Under the pieces are notes generated by a model, which made no database searches, was not told the origin of the DNA, and saw nothing but the letters and a program-made list of their open reading frames with translations. This document shows, one piece after another, positions 28,684-39,137 of a DNA stretch of 64,000 nt. The first letter of the stretch is position 1, and every line of letters starts with the position of its first letter. The DNA is from an uncultured virus (IMG/VR IMGVR_UViG_2061766007_000800) (Duplodnaviria; Heunggongvirae; Uroviricota; Caudoviricetes): IMG/VR virus record IMGVR_UViG_2061766007_000800; one strand, written 5' to 3'. The translations under genes were made by a program, and so were the position numbers.

Positions 28684-29259
28684 TTATTTTTTAATTGTAT
28701 ATTTTGAACTAACAGGAGCTGCTTTTCTTTCAGTTGTTTTAGTTTCAGTTGCTTTAACAGGCTCTGCTCGTCTTACTTTCTTTTCTTCTACTGCTGGAGC
28801 TTCATTTAACTGTTTTTCCAATGCAATAATTTGAGAAATATTAGAACCAGTTTTCTCTGAAATAAGTTCTCTCTTATTTACATCAGGTATTTTTAAATCG
28901 ACAGCTAAATCTCTAATTAACTCGATAACACCCTGAGGACCAAACTCAAGTGCATCTTCAAGCTGTTCATAAGAACCATTTAAAAGAAGTTCCTTAACAT
29001 CATCTTTTGTGTAGAAATATTCAGGTTCAGGCACAATACCAAGGTCACCTAATACTTCTTCGTCAGTAATAGTAAAATACTGCTCTATAAGCACTCTTCC
29101 GCCAGTAGTCCAATATAATTTTTTAACTTCATCATATTCAATCTCCAAAGTCTGACCAGGTGCAAAGTTTCTTTCATATCCTGCAGGCGCATCAGGGATG
29201 TTATATCCAACAGGACCGTTACTACGATTTGTAACTTTAACCATTTTTGTTTTTTCCAT
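28684..29259 (-). CDS. Hypothetical protein downstream of capsid
   Basis: 191 aa, AGGAG RBS. Confidence 0.6.
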   Translation of the reverse strand: MEKTKMVKVTNRSNGPVGYNIPDAPAGYERNFAPGQTLEIEYDEVKKLYWTTGGRVLIEQYFTITDEEVLGDLGIVPEPEYFYTKDDVKELLLNGSYEQLEDALEFGPQGVIELIRDLAVDLKIPDVNKRELISEKTGSNISQIIALEKQLNEAPAVEEKKVRRAEPVKATETKTTERKAAPVSSKYTIKK

Positions 29260-29337
29260 GATTAGTCTCCTTTTATCTCCATTATTAAAAATAAGGGGAG
29301 ATATTATATTAATACCTCCCCTATTCAGTTACCTTAA

Positions 29338-30405
29338 TTAAACAGTTGTATTAAGATTTGTATTTCTGTATACACAGATACCAGGGTTAACTGTAATAAG
29401 ACCTACACCAACTTTCTTGTAGGTATCAAGATGTCTTGACCAGTCACCTTGAACGTCGATTTCACGAACCTTTGTATCGCCTTCAAATACAATCTTAACA
29501 GGCTTTCCGTCTCCGCCATTAGGAAGAACCCAAGCGTATGAAGGGTCAATAGCCTTAGTTGTATTTGCAGCATCAAGCATAGACTGTTGAATAATAACAA
29601 CATCGTGGTCTTTATATTTTGTAAAGTAACCTTTTTGCCATAACTCATTCTTCATTTCGTTAGAATAGTTAGCGATTGATGACCATGTAGCTGTAGGAAG
29701 CATTGTTGCAGCAAATTCAAAAGTACAGAAAATAGTAGATTTTCCATTTGTACTATAAGAGTCAGCAATAGAAAGAATCTTATCCATCTTACCCTCTGAG
29801 AAACCTGCATGGCTCTGCTTGTTGTTTGCAGGAATCTTAGTAGAAGTAAGAAGAGATTGAAGAGCCTTAATAATCTCTTCCATAATGTACTCTTGCATAC
29901 CTTCCATAAGAACATCATAAACATCTGCCCATGTTACTCTACCGTCAAGATATTCTTCAAATGCGATTTGGCAAGCGCCACCGATTGCATTTGTCTTAAC
30001 TTCGAATTCTGCGCCTCCAAGGATGAATACTTCGTATACACCGGCGAGACCAACTCTAGTTACAAACTGTTTTGCTCTCTTCTTAGCAGCCTCAGTAATT
30101 CTCTGTCTGAAGATATATTTATCTCCCTGAGCAACTTGCTGTGTTTCAGCAAAGATGCCGAACTGTTCTTTAACCTTTACAGGAAGAACTTCATCAATAG
30201 TTTTTTCAATCAATTCAAAAACTGCAACCTGATTACGTCTATAAGAATTATAATCGCCTGCAAGTTCTTTCATTTGCTCGTTGAAAAGCTTTTCACATTC
30301 TTCATAGTTAAACTTTTCTTCTCCAAAAGAATAAGCAACAGGAGAAGTATTGTTACGCTTTGCAACGATTGTAGATAATTTAAGTAATTGAGCGTTATCT
30401 AACAT
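29338..30405 (-). CDS. Major capsid protein
   Basis: 355 aa; follows protease/scaffold and decoration genes; strong RBS; terminator at ~29292-29323. Confidence 0.8.
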   Translation of the reverse strand: MLDNAQLLKLSTIVAKRNNTSPVAYSFGEEKFNYEECEKLFNEQMKELAGDYNSYRRNQVAVFELIEKTIDEVLPVKVKEQFGIFAETQQVAQGDKYIFRQRITEAAKKRAKQFVTRVGLAGVYEVFILGGAEFEVKTNAIGGACQIAFEEYLDGRVTWADVYDVLMEGMQEYIMEEIIKALQSLLTSTKIPANNKQSHAGFSEGKMDKILSIADSYSTNGKSTIFCTFEFAATMLPTATWSSIANYSNEMKNELWQKGYFTKYKDHDVVIIQQSMLDAANTTKAIDPSYAWVLPNGGDGKPVKIVFEGDTKVREIDVQGDWSRHLDTYKKVGVGLITVNPGICVYRNTNLNTTV

Positions 30406-30426
30406 TTATTTTTCCTCCTTCTCTCA

Positions 30427-30999
30427 TTACTGAATTCTTTGAATCTTAACTGCGGGATATGATACATCGCCGAAAAGGTTGTCAGTCTTAACAACTTTCC
30501 AAATCATACCTGTAGTTGTATCCCATGTACCAGGTGTTGTCTGAGTATCCTTTTGTAAGAAACCATTTGCATTAACAACAAGATGGTCACCTGCAGCATA
30601 CTCTTCCATTGTTACCTCTGTATCCTTAGAGCCAGCTGTCTTAAGGCAGTTAGTTGTGAAAATATCACCAACATTTGTCTTAAACAATCTAGGAGTCATA
30701 ACTCCATCTGTAAAGTCCTTTGTCTGAAGAGCAAAGTCTTTTCTTGATTCTCTAGGTACATCATAAATCTTAACTTCATTGAAAACTAACATCCACTCGC
30801 CTTCGCCAGTGAAGTTAACTTCGCCATTAGCATAATCATACTTAGCAAACTGTCCATTTTCAAGCTGTGTAATAGAATCAGCTGTAAGAGTTGCGTTCTT
30901 TACATGAGCAGGAAGCTGAGCATAGATTTGATAAGTTCTCTGTGCTGATAAATGGTTAGGTTCAACAATACCAAAACCAGTTCTCTTAATAGCAGCCAT
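30427..30999 (-). CDS. Capsid decoration/structural protein
   Basis: 190 aa between scaffold and capsid; AGGAGG RBS. Confidence 0.6.
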   Translation of the reverse strand: MAAIKRTGFGIVEPNHLSAQRTYQIYAQLPAHVKNATLTADSITQLENGQFAKYDYANGEVNFTGEGEWMLVFNEVKIYDVPRESRKDFALQTKDFTDGVMTPRLFKTNVGDIFTTNCLKTAGSKDTEVTMEEYAAGDHLVVNANGFLQKDTQTTPGTWDTTTGMIWKVVKTDNLFGDVSYPAVKIQRIQ

Positions 31000-31021
31000 T
31001 GTATTTCCTCCTTAAAAATTT

Positions 31022-32389
31022 TTACTGTGATTTTCTTTGACTTAAAAGTGCTGCGGCGATAGGGTCACTAACGCTTTGAACACCCATAGAGTCTAATGAG
31101 AATGTTGTAGGAACTTCTGCTTTAGGTTCTTGAACCTTAACATCTTGCTCCTTATTGCACTTATCAAAATAGATAACTGCTAATTGTGACTTAATTTCAC
31201 TTAAAGAATAGTTTGCTCTATTCTCAAGAATTTCTTTTGTATCTTCTTCAGATAACATTGAAAATTCTTTCTGAATTAAATCAAGCTTTTCATTATCTTC
31301 AATTTGAGCCTTATAACTAGCAAGAGTTTCATTCTCTTTCTTTAAAGCAGTATATTCAGATTGAAGATTGTTATATTTCTCCTCTAAGAGAGTGTACTCT
31401 TCTTTAGAAACTGTTTCAGCAACAACTTCCTCTTCATTAGAATTTTCTCCCTCTATAATATTTTCATTTTTAGAGAAATCATTTTCAACACTTGTGTCCA
31501 AATTTTCATTAGAAATTTCTGCAACACTTGCATTTTCTTCTGCCTTAGGTTCTTCAGCTGCTGCAACAGGCTCAACTACCGCTTCACCTTCCGCATTAAC
31601 CTGACCTTCAGCAGTAAAATCTGTCTCAGGAGTAGCTGTTTGTTCTACTTCTTGAGCCTTTACTTCTTCATTAGTAGGCATTGTCTTTCCTCCTTCTAAA
31701 TTATTTGCTAAAGTGTATTGTTTTAATTCATTCATCATAGTAGCTAATGTCTTTGTAAAGTCTTTACCATTCTCAAGAGAATAGCTAGTTGACTTGGTAA
31801 CGTTAGCGCCTTCAAAACAAGGTTCAACATCTTCACCTAAAATGCAAAGTTCAAAGAATGTAGCATCATCTATAATGAAAAATTCTATACCAGATTTGGT
31901 ATCTTCACTCCAATGACCTTTTAATGTGTTTTCATCAAGTTCCATTGATTGAGGTCTTCCCTCATTTATAACAGGCTGGAGTTCTGGGAACTGACCAGTC
32001 CATAAGTAACCTTCTACCATTAAATAAGTTCTTTGAGTTTCATTACCAAATTCATCAGTATCAATAAAATCTTGAAACCAAATCTTACTATTTAAATCAA
32101 CAAAACCATAAGGTTTAGTTTCCTTTTGAAAATGGAAGCCATCATCATCAATTACGAGCTTTTGACCATGACCACCAAAGTCTTCTTTGTTTTCAATATA
32201 ATGACCAGCAATAGGACAACCTCTAAGCGTTTCCGCCATAGACATTGCTCTTTCCTTAGTGATAAAACTTCCGTTTCTATTTCCACCTAAGTATAATACT
32301 TTAATATTACATTTACTCATAAGTGGTGAAACAGAAGTTATATTAAGGAATTCGGGGTCATTATAAGTAGCAACACTTCTTCCACTCAT
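31022..32389 (-). CDS. Prohead protease-scaffold fusion
   Basis: N-terminal protease-like domain (NRNGS, QSMEL, LCILG..VEPCFEGA); acidic coiled-coil C-terminus. Confidence 0.75.
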   Translation of the reverse strand: MSGRSVATYNDPEFLNITSVSPLMSKCNIKVLYLGGNRNGSFITKERAMSMAETLRGCPIAGHYIENKEDFGGHGQKLVIDDDGFHFQKETKPYGFVDLNSKIWFQDFIDTDEFGNETQRTYLMVEGYLWTGQFPELQPVINEGRPQSMELDENTLKGHWSEDTKSGIEFFIIDDATFFELCILGEDVEPCFEGANVTKSTSYSLENGKDFTKTLATMMNELKQYTLANNLEGGKTMPTNEEVKAQEVEQTATPETDFTAEGQVNAEGEAVVEPVAAAEEPKAEENASVAEISNENLDTSVENDFSKNENIIEGENSNEEEVVAETVSKEEYTLLEEKYNNLQSEYTALKKENETLASYKAQIEDNEKLDLIQKEFSMLSEEDTKEILENRANYSLSEIKSQLAVIYFDKCNKEQDVKVQEPKAEVPTTFSLDSMGVQSVSDPIAAALLSQRKSQ

Positions 32390-32400
32390 AATGTTCTCCT

Positions 32401-34008
32401 TTATTGTTTAGACTCTTTGTTAGCGATTGTCTTTTCTGATGTAGCTTCACCTTTAGATTCATTAGTGGGTCTACCACTTTTATTTTCATCACCAGCAGGA
32501 ACTTTACCACTACCATCTTTTGCACCAATCTTTCTATCAAGAATATCTGCATTCATTGTACTAGACATAAGAGGAGGAATAAATACATTGATTAAATCAA
32601 GTAAATCGTTCTCGAAGTATGCAGTAGCAAGTATAGAACCTTGTGAATGTCCCATTGCAATCTGCGGAAGAAGCTTTGAGAAACCAACTTGCATTTGTTC
32701 CTTATACATCTTAGCTAATTCTTTGTAATTATAAATAGTAGTATTTAAAATATCAACAGAAAAGTGACATTTTAATTTATTTTTGTTAAAGTCCTTTAAA
32801 AGAGAATTAAAGAAGATTTCATATTGGTCTTTTAATCCTCTCATGGTTGCTTCATCATTCAAAATTGATTTTTCAAGTGCGGCGCTACCCTCTGTATTAA
32901 ATAAGAGCTGTGAACCACCAAACTCATTATAAACCTGTCTTTCAAATCTTTCAAGGTCATCAGTTTGACTTGCCGCAACTGAACTGTCCGCCAAACTTTC
33001 AACTTCAACATCCGCAAAAGTTGTTAATACATCAGTACCAACAGCACCAGAAAGCATTTTCTTTGCGTTATTATGAATATCTCTTCCTTCCTCTTCATCA
33101 AAAAGCATTTCACCATTTTTATCTAAAGGAAGTTTTTGAATAATAATCTTTAAAAGTCTTTGAGCCGTTCTCTTTTTATCTAACTCTTGTGCCTCATCTA
33201 AGTTTAATAAATGAGGAACAACTGTAATAAATGGAGGATACTCTCTTCCATTTAATGTAAATCTAACTGTATTATCGGGATTAAGTGCGCACCAATTTGT
33301 TGTTGCCTGTTGGTCACCAATTTGTAATGTTTTAAATTTTTTACCTTTTTGATAATCTTCATAACATTTTCTTATTTCGTCTGGAAAAGCCTTTAATACA
33401 GATTTTCTTGTGTAATCATCTTTGAAGTTATCATCAAAGAATTTAACATTAAATTCTACAACAGGTGAATCACCTACATCCCAAATATGTCTACAATAGT
33501 TAGGCGGAAGTTCTTGTAAATAAAAAGAATTATTACTTCCCTTAACCACATAACCATAATAAACACCTTGAATTAAAACCTTTTGACTGATTTCAGTAAA
33601 ATTCTTTTTTGCGTGAAAGTTTTCAAGTCTTTCAACAGCTAAATGATATTGTTCTTTTAATTTTTTAGCACCTTTTTCATTAGAAGTGATTTCTTCTCTA
33701 TCATGAAGATGTGGTACTAAAAACCAATCATAACGATATATATTAGCAAGATAGCTAATCATTCTTGCATATATACCACTTCCTCTAAAAAAGAATTCTG
33801 ATACTTGTCTTAAATAAACAACATCATTATTAGCAATAGCTTTTAAGATTCTTTCTTCATCAGTTAAATTTCTATCTGCTTTTCTTAAAACACCGACTTC
33901 AAGAATAGCATCATTAATAGTTTCTTCAACTAAATTAATTTTATTAAAATCAAGATGAGGTCTTTTTGGTTGTGTTATCGCAACATTATTTTGTTGTCTA
34001 TTAATCAC
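32401..34008 (-). CDS. Portal protein
   Basis: 535 aa between terminase and protease; C-terminal GRP tail; GTG start with GAGG RBS. Confidence 0.8.
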   Translation of the reverse strand: MINRQQNNVAITQPKRPHLDFNKINLVEETINDAILEVGVLRKADRNLTDEERILKAIANNDVVYLRQVSEFFFRGSGIYARMISYLANIYRYDWFLVPHLHDREEITSNEKGAKKLKEQYHLAVERLENFHAKKNFTEISQKVLIQGVYYGYVVKGSNNSFYLQELPPNYCRHIWDVGDSPVVEFNVKFFDDNFKDDYTRKSVLKAFPDEIRKCYEDYQKGKKFKTLQIGDQQATTNWCALNPDNTVRFTLNGREYPPFITVVPHLLNLDEAQELDKKRTAQRLLKIIIQKLPLDKNGEMLFDEEEGRDIHNNAKKMLSGAVGTDVLTTFADVEVESLADSSVAASQTDDLERFERQVYNEFGGSQLLFNTEGSAALEKSILNDEATMRGLKDQYEIFFNSLLKDFNKNKLKCHFSVDILNTTIYNYKELAKMYKEQMQVGFSKLLPQIAMGHSQGSILATAYFENDLLDLINVFIPPLMSSTMNADILDRKIGAKDGSGKVPAGDENKSGRPTNESKGEATSEKTIANKESKQ

Positions 34009-34033
34009 TTTTTATACCTCCTCATATATTAAT

Positions 34034-34062
34034 ATTATATCAAAAATTTTGATAAAAGTCAA
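34034..34062 (-). promoter_or_regulatory. Sigma-A-type promoter upstream of portal
   Basis: TTGACT-17-TATAAT with extended TG. Confidence 0.65.
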
Positions 34063-34418
34063 TAATCATAAGCTAATTTCATAATATAATCATAGTCAAT
34101 AAACTTTTCACACCAATAAGGTATAATAACAAGCTTATAACCATGCTGCTTACAATATTCAACTTTTTGTTGGTCATTGTATTTTTGTTTCTTTAAACCC
34201 ATTACTCCACCAAATTTAGACTTGGCGGTATAATGCTGTTCTCCTTGATATTCAATCAAGAAATCTATTTCATCATTATCATCAAATACTGCAAAATCAA
34301 ATCTTAAATAATATCCGCTTGTACTAACTAAATCTTTAAATACATATTCTTCTTCAAAATTTAGTCCAGCGGCTTTTAAGACATCATAAATCTTTATCTC
34401 TCCACGAGAACTACGCAT
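34059..34418 (-). CDS. Stand-alone Vsr/DUF559-like PD-(D/E)xK endonuclease
   Basis: SRGE...RFDF...IEYQGEQH...D..K..YC...LVIIPY. Confidence 0.75.
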   Translation of the reverse strand: MRSSRGEIKIYDVLKAAGLNFEEEYVFKDLVSTSGYYLRFDFAVFDDNDEIDFLIEYQGEQHYTAKSKFGGVMGLKKQKYNDQQKVEYCKQHGYKLVIIPYWCEKFIDYDYIMKLAYDY

Positions 34419-34467
34419 CGCTGTACCTCCTTTATATCCGTAGAAAAAATATTATCTCTACTAATTA

Positions 34468-34509
34468 TAATTCAGAAAACTATAATTCTAATTTAAAAAG
34501 TTTGTCCAA
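34468..34509 (-). promoter_or_regulatory. Candidate late promoter TTGGACAA-N28-GAATTA
   Basis: Conserved upstream box; one mismatch in downstream box. Confidence 0.45.
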
Positions 34510-34558
34510 TTTCACGAAAATTAGAGGTATGAAGTAGCATCATACCTCGCTTTCCGCA

Positions 34559-36391
34559 TTAATTATAAAACATCATTTTAGCAAATGAAGAAGTTTTCTT
34601 TTTCTTTCTTCTATCTTCCTCTTGTTTAATAAAGTATAAACCATATTCAAGAGCAGAGAATCTATCCTTAGGTATCTTCTTATTATTTTGTTTAAGAATA
34701 ATATTAACACCTTCATTCTCTTTTGTTAAGTTTGCTAATTGGTCTTTTAAGTTATCAGTTAATTGGAAAGGTAATAATCTTTCCGCTCTCTCTTCAGGTG
34801 TCATATTCTGACCGACTTTTGTTTCCATTAACTTAATTCTTGCATCTTTTTCTGAAATTAAAAATCTAATTCTATTAGCACCTAATTGAGCTTGTAAGTA
34901 TGCATGAGCCTCTGTGTTTAAAGGCGCACCAGCCTTAATTAAATAAACTGCATCTTTAACTGTATCTGGTGTAATAAACTTCTTATAAAGTTTATCAGCA
35001 TCTTCATTATTACCACCTAAAATACCAAAAGGTGGATAGTATTCTCCTGTTTCTGGGTCTTCTTGTCCTTCAACAAGGAAGTCAACCAATCCTACACCAA
35101 GACCATTAGCATCGACAACTAATGCCCGCGCTTTATATTTCATGTATAACTTCTTTAAGAAGATACTTTGTATACCAAAGTGTTCGGCGGTTAAGCTATA
35201 AAAGTTGACAATAGACTTGATAAAAGGTCCTTGAGCCTGAGGTGTAACCTTAATTACAGCAATCTCTGTTGTACAGTTACCTTTGACAGTTCTCGCAATA
35301 TCGGCTGCAACAACATAAAATACATTGTTACCAACTCTACCACTATGTTCATATTCAGGCTGTAAAAGTTTTCTACATTTATCAAATTCTTCTGATGAGA
35401 AGTAAGCCTTCTCTGTATCGCCTGTCCAAATACTATTATATTCTCTATCAAAAGAAGCTTCCTCAAAAGAGTTCTGCATCTTTAAGTTTTGAATAAAGTT
35501 TTTAGGTTGCAAGCCTTCAACAACAGGAATATGCCATGTTCCACCCATAATCATGGATTCATGTGGATTAATAACACTTTCCGCCATCATTTCAACTAAT
35601 CTTTGATAAGCAAATGAATCAGTATATCCCGCAGTTGTAATAAATATCTGTGATTGGTTTATCAACTCTTCTGGGTAACGAGTACCGTCCGCCAATCTAC
35701 GGTTAATAACAGTAGTAGGAATAATAATTTCGTTAAGTCCTTGTCCATCAACAGATGCACACTCTTCCATTACAAGACCATGACGTCTTTGACCTCTGGA
35801 AGACTCAAGGATAGGAAGGATATCAATAATACTACCATTCTTAAATAAATATTTTACATCATCTTTAGATTGTTTTGTTTTACCTTTTTCCCAATTTATT
35901 TCCTTTGCTAAAGCGGGAATAAGACCACATATTTCTTCGATTTTTGATATGGTAATAGCCGAAGCCTGGTTCTTACCTCCCGCAGTAACGGAAAGATGTG
36001 AACCAGGGTAAAGAATAGCCTTTATCATCAAAATCATCATAGTTAAGAAAGATTTAGAGAAGCCTCTAGGGAAGGTGGCAAACAGGTTTCTGTGACGCAT
36101 CGCCGCCCTTAAGAATATTCTCTGATAGTTAAAGAATTCGAAGTTACAATCCGGTCCTTTAATATCATCAATGAAGATATCTGGGTACGCTCTATAAAAA
36201 GCAATACTTTTCCTAGCTTCTGGGAAAACTCTTCTAATTCTTTCTTCGATACCAACTTCGTCATTGATACCGCTTTCTTTTATATTTAAAATCTTTTTTA
36301 AATTTGGCGGATAGTCCATAACAGATGTAGAAATAATGGTTTCGAGATTAAAAGGATAATCTTCTTCTAACTCAATTCTCTTCTTTTCCAT
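34559..36391 (-). CDS. terL: Terminase large subunit
   Basis: Walker A PRGFSKS, RGQRR-LVMEE Walker B, ITTAG motif, nuclease motifs ADIAR, DANGLG, KDRFSA. Confidence 0.92.
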   Translation of the reverse strand: MEKKRIELEEDYPFNLETIISTSVMDYPPNLKKILNIKESGINDEVGIEERIRRVFPEARKSIAFYRAYPDIFIDDIKGPDCNFEFFNYQRIFLRAAMRHRNLFATFPRGFSKSFLTMMILMIKAILYPGSHLSVTAGGKNQASAITISKIEEICGLIPALAKEINWEKGKTKQSKDDVKYLFKNGSIIDILPILESSRGQRRHGLVMEECASVDGQGLNEIIIPTTVINRRLADGTRYPEELINQSQIFITTAGYTDSFAYQRLVEMMAESVINPHESMIMGGTWHIPVVEGLQPKNFIQNLKMQNSFEEASFDREYNSIWTGDTEKAYFSSEEFDKCRKLLQPEYEHSGRVGNNVFYVVAADIARTVKGNCTTEIAVIKVTPQAQGPFIKSIVNFYSLTAEHFGIQSIFLKKLYMKYKARALVVDANGLGVGLVDFLVEGQEDPETGEYYPPFGILGGNNEDADKLYKKFITPDTVKDAVYLIKAGAPLNTEAHAYLQAQLGANRIRFLISEKDARIKLMETKVGQNMTPEERAERLLPFQLTDNLKDQLANLTKENEGVNIILKQNNKKIPKDRFSALEYGLYFIKQEEDRRKKKKTSSFAKMMFYN

Positions 36392-37676
36392 CTTCTTTTC
36401 CGCCTAAATAATTTCTTAATGCAAGAACTTCTTCTTCACTAAGGTCATCAATATCTATAGAAGCATCTTCCGCCATTTGTTCTTCTATACTTTGTCGATA
36501 ATCTGCAAAATCATCATCTTCAAGGACTCGACCTTCTTCTTCATCCTGTTTCATCTCATCCGCAATCTCTCTCTTCTTGATATAATCTTGAATTTGTTTC
36601 CATACAGTAGGGTCTTCCTTAATTAATGACTCATTAAAATTCTGCATATCTTTTAACACTTCATCTATTGTATCTAAATTATATTCAACAGCAAACTCTG
36701 GTATAAATCCAGTTTCCTTTTCGCAAAGTCTAACCATTTCACCAATAGAATCAATCTCTTTAACAACTTCTTCTTTCTTTTGCGCTTCGGTAAACTTAGC
36801 AGATTTCATCATAGTTTCATATACTCTTGATAACTTCTGATATGTTTCAATATCACCAGCATCAACAGCTTGGTTCATTTTAAGAACTGTCTTACATATC
36901 ATTTTAAGTGTAGTATCACGAGCTGCGTCTGAAATCTCAAACGAGTTAATCATTTCTAAGTAAAGTTTTTCCAAAGCCAACCATTCTTCCGCCGTATAAA
37001 ATTTTCCCCACTTTAATGCTAAGAAAATTTTATCTTCCTCTTCGAGCAAACTTGAAAAATCGACTGTTTCAACTTCTTCAAAAGGATGGTCATTTACGGG
37101 ATAAAGAGATGGAGTCTCTTTCTTTGGTCTACCGGGCCCACGTTTGGGTTCCTCAAGCGCCTCTTCCGCAACAATAGGAAATTCAGGCTCAGGAGCAGAC
37201 ATTGAAACAAATGTCTGATACTGCGCCTCTGAAATTTCTCCTCTTTCATAAGACTCTTTTATATTTTGTGCTTGCTCATTATAAGCTGCTTCGCGCTCTT
37301 CTGCTCCCGCAGAATCCTCTTTTTTCTTATCGTATATTTCTTTCCAATATTCTGTATCTGCCCAAGTATTTCTCCATACGCCATCAACTTTCCATTGTTT
37401 TAAACGCATTTTTCCAATATATCTACCAAATACAGACATACCATTAAATTTGTTAGGGTCTTTCTGATATTCTCTATCTCTAATTTTATTCCACTCTTGT
37501 TCAATATAGGGAAAATCAGCGTATTCAATCGCCCAAAGGAAAGTATCTGGTTCGAAATTATCGAAGTGGAGAGTTACACAGGCTTTACATAAGTCAAACT
37601 TAGTACCGTCTCTCTTTTGGTAGAATTTTGTTTCCGCCATAGTTTTTCGGCACTTAGGACAATAATATTCTGCCAT
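36372..37676 (-). CDS. Zn-finger protein overlapping terL; probable terminase small subunit
   Basis: N-terminal CxxC...CxxC; directly upstream of terL. Confidence 0.55.
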   Translation of the reverse strand: MAEYYCPKCRKTMAETKFYQKRDGTKFDLCKACVTLHFDNFEPDTFLWAIEYADFPYIEQEWNKIRDREYQKDPNKFNGMSVFGRYIGKMRLKQWKVDGVWRNTWADTEYWKEIYDKKKEDSAGAEEREAAYNEQAQNIKESYERGEISEAQYQTFVSMSAPEPEFPIVAEEALEEPKRGPGRPKKETPSLYPVNDHPFEEVETVDFSSLLEEEDKIFLALKWGKFYTAEEWLALEKLYLEMINSFEISDAARDTTLKMICKTVLKMNQAVDAGDIETYQKLSRVYETMMKSAKFTEAQKKEEVVKEIDSIGEMVRLCEKETGFIPEFAVEYNLDTIDEVLKDMQNFNESLIKEDPTVWKQIQDYIKKREIADEMKQDEEEGRVLEDDDFADYRQSIEEQMAEDASIDIDDLSEEEVLALRNYLGGKEDGKEEN

Positions 37677-38782
37677 TACTCTTCTGTCTCCTTTTTCTTT
37701 TTATTCTTTTCGCTTCTACACACTTTGCAGATGCTATACCAACCATCTTTGCTTGATGAGTTTTTGCTAAAGAAATATTTATGCGCGAGTTTTACCTCTC
37801 CGCAACAAGAGCAACGTTTCCATTTTCCATATTCTTCTTCTGTATAATGCCAAACAATCCATTCTTCTTTAGCTTGTTTAGCAATCATTTTAGGAATTTT
37901 ATTGCGCCATAATGAAGAAATATAAACTGTTGAATAAGTAACATCAAATTCATCTTTAATTAATTCTCTAATTTCTTCATTAGTTCTGCCGTCAATCTTA
38001 TAAGTAACTATTCGTTCAAGGATGGGACTGCTTGATAGCGCCCTTTCCGCAAGACTATCAAAGTCCATCATCATCCATTTAGAGTCTGAAAGGAATTCTT
38101 CATATGAATCTTCAACAAGAGCAGAATAGTTATTCAAAATCATTTCAATATGTTTTTCATCAAAGAAATTAATTATGCCGTCGCTACGTACCTCCCCGTC
38201 CGCATCAATCCAAATATTTTCTGAAAGGTCTAAATTATGAATACCTTTAAATTTATTTTTATTGTTTACGGTGGCATTAAAGTTACGGAATTTATTTCTT
38301 ATGACATATTGGTCTTTGCGCTGCTCAATAAGTTCTTTGTGTAAATGAAAGCGGCGGAGGCCTGTAGCCTCTTTTTCCAACTCTTCAGTCTTCTTAATGT
38401 CTTCTTGTAATTGCTGAAGATAGGGGTTTTCCGCAATCTCCTCCTCAGTTATTTTACATTTTGGTGTACGGAGGATATTTTTATCATTTGCGATAATATT
38501 GTAGATAAAGTCAGCACTATCCGCATTATTATCATTGCAATTTTCGCATAAGCCTTCGAATGACATTTCATTTTCTTTAAAATATTTTTGTCTATTAGGT
38601 GTTACTATCTTGCGTTCTTTTTTCTCTTGTTTATCCATGGCGAGTACAACATAGTCCGCCATCTTTTGTAAATAATATGGTTTAAGTCTTTCGGAGGGCG
38701 TAGATGCGATAATTTCCTCTGTTTTGGCTACACGATCGATTGGGTCCTCGAGAGTATAGTCCATTTTAATATGTTCGTCCAT
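37676..38782 (-). CDS. HTH plus C-terminal Zn-ribbon protein; possible transcription regulator
   Basis: GRTNEEIRELI...YISSLW helix-turn-helix-like segment; CSCC...CKVC. Confidence 0.55.
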   Translation of the reverse strand: MDEHIKMDYTLEDPIDRVAKTEEIIASTPSERLKPYYLQKMADYVVLAMDKQEKKERKIVTPNRQKYFKENEMSFEGLCENCNDNNADSADFIYNIIANDKNILRTPKCKITEEEIAENPYLQQLQEDIKKTEELEKEATGLRRFHLHKELIEQRKDQYVIRNKFRNFNATVNNKNKFKGIHNLDLSENIWIDADGEVRSDGIINFFDEKHIEMILNNYSALVEDSYEEFLSDSKWMMMDFDSLAERALSSSPILERIVTYKIDGRTNEEIRELIKDEFDVTYSTVYISSLWRNKIPKMIAKQAKEEWIVWHYTEEEYGKWKRCSCCGEVKLAHKYFFSKNSSSKDGWYSICKVCRSEKNKKKKETEE

Positions 38783-38827
38783 CTAGCATTTTCTCCTTTT
38801 GTGCTTTTATTTTCTTTTTCTAATAAT

Positions 38828-38856
38828 ATTATACGAAAATTTTTCAAGTTTGTCAA
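38828..38856 (-). promoter_or_regulatory. Sigma-A consensus promoter heading the minus-strand module
   Basis: TTGACA-17-TATAAT. Confidence 0.75.
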
Positions 38857-39137
38857 GCACTTTGGTCAATTTTTGTATACGATAGAAAAACCGTCTGCTT
38901 AAAAACAAAAAATATACTACGCAAAATTAAAATGAAAAGCACAAATGGAGGTTGGTAAAGTTATTTCCTAAATCGTTATTGCGGGTTAAGCAAAATGGAT
39001 AGGGTTTCAGTAATTTTGAATTTTGGAAAAGAGCTTGAAGATTTTTTTGGGGGCAGGCCCGTCCGAATGCAGTTTTGTGACGGGTAAATCCTCGAAGTTA
39101 GCCCCCGCTAACTTCAAGGGTACAAGGGGCAGACCTT

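Noticed and set aside
4006..37847. Plus-strand and nested ORFs within the structural module (e.g. 12194, 24542, 29809)
   Set aside because: Shadow frames of long genes, without convincing RBS or protein-like composition.
38863..38905. Extra late-promoter copies at TTGGTCAA 38863 (+) and ~53946 (-)
   Set aside because: No AAATA box at 28 bp and no gene directly downstream.
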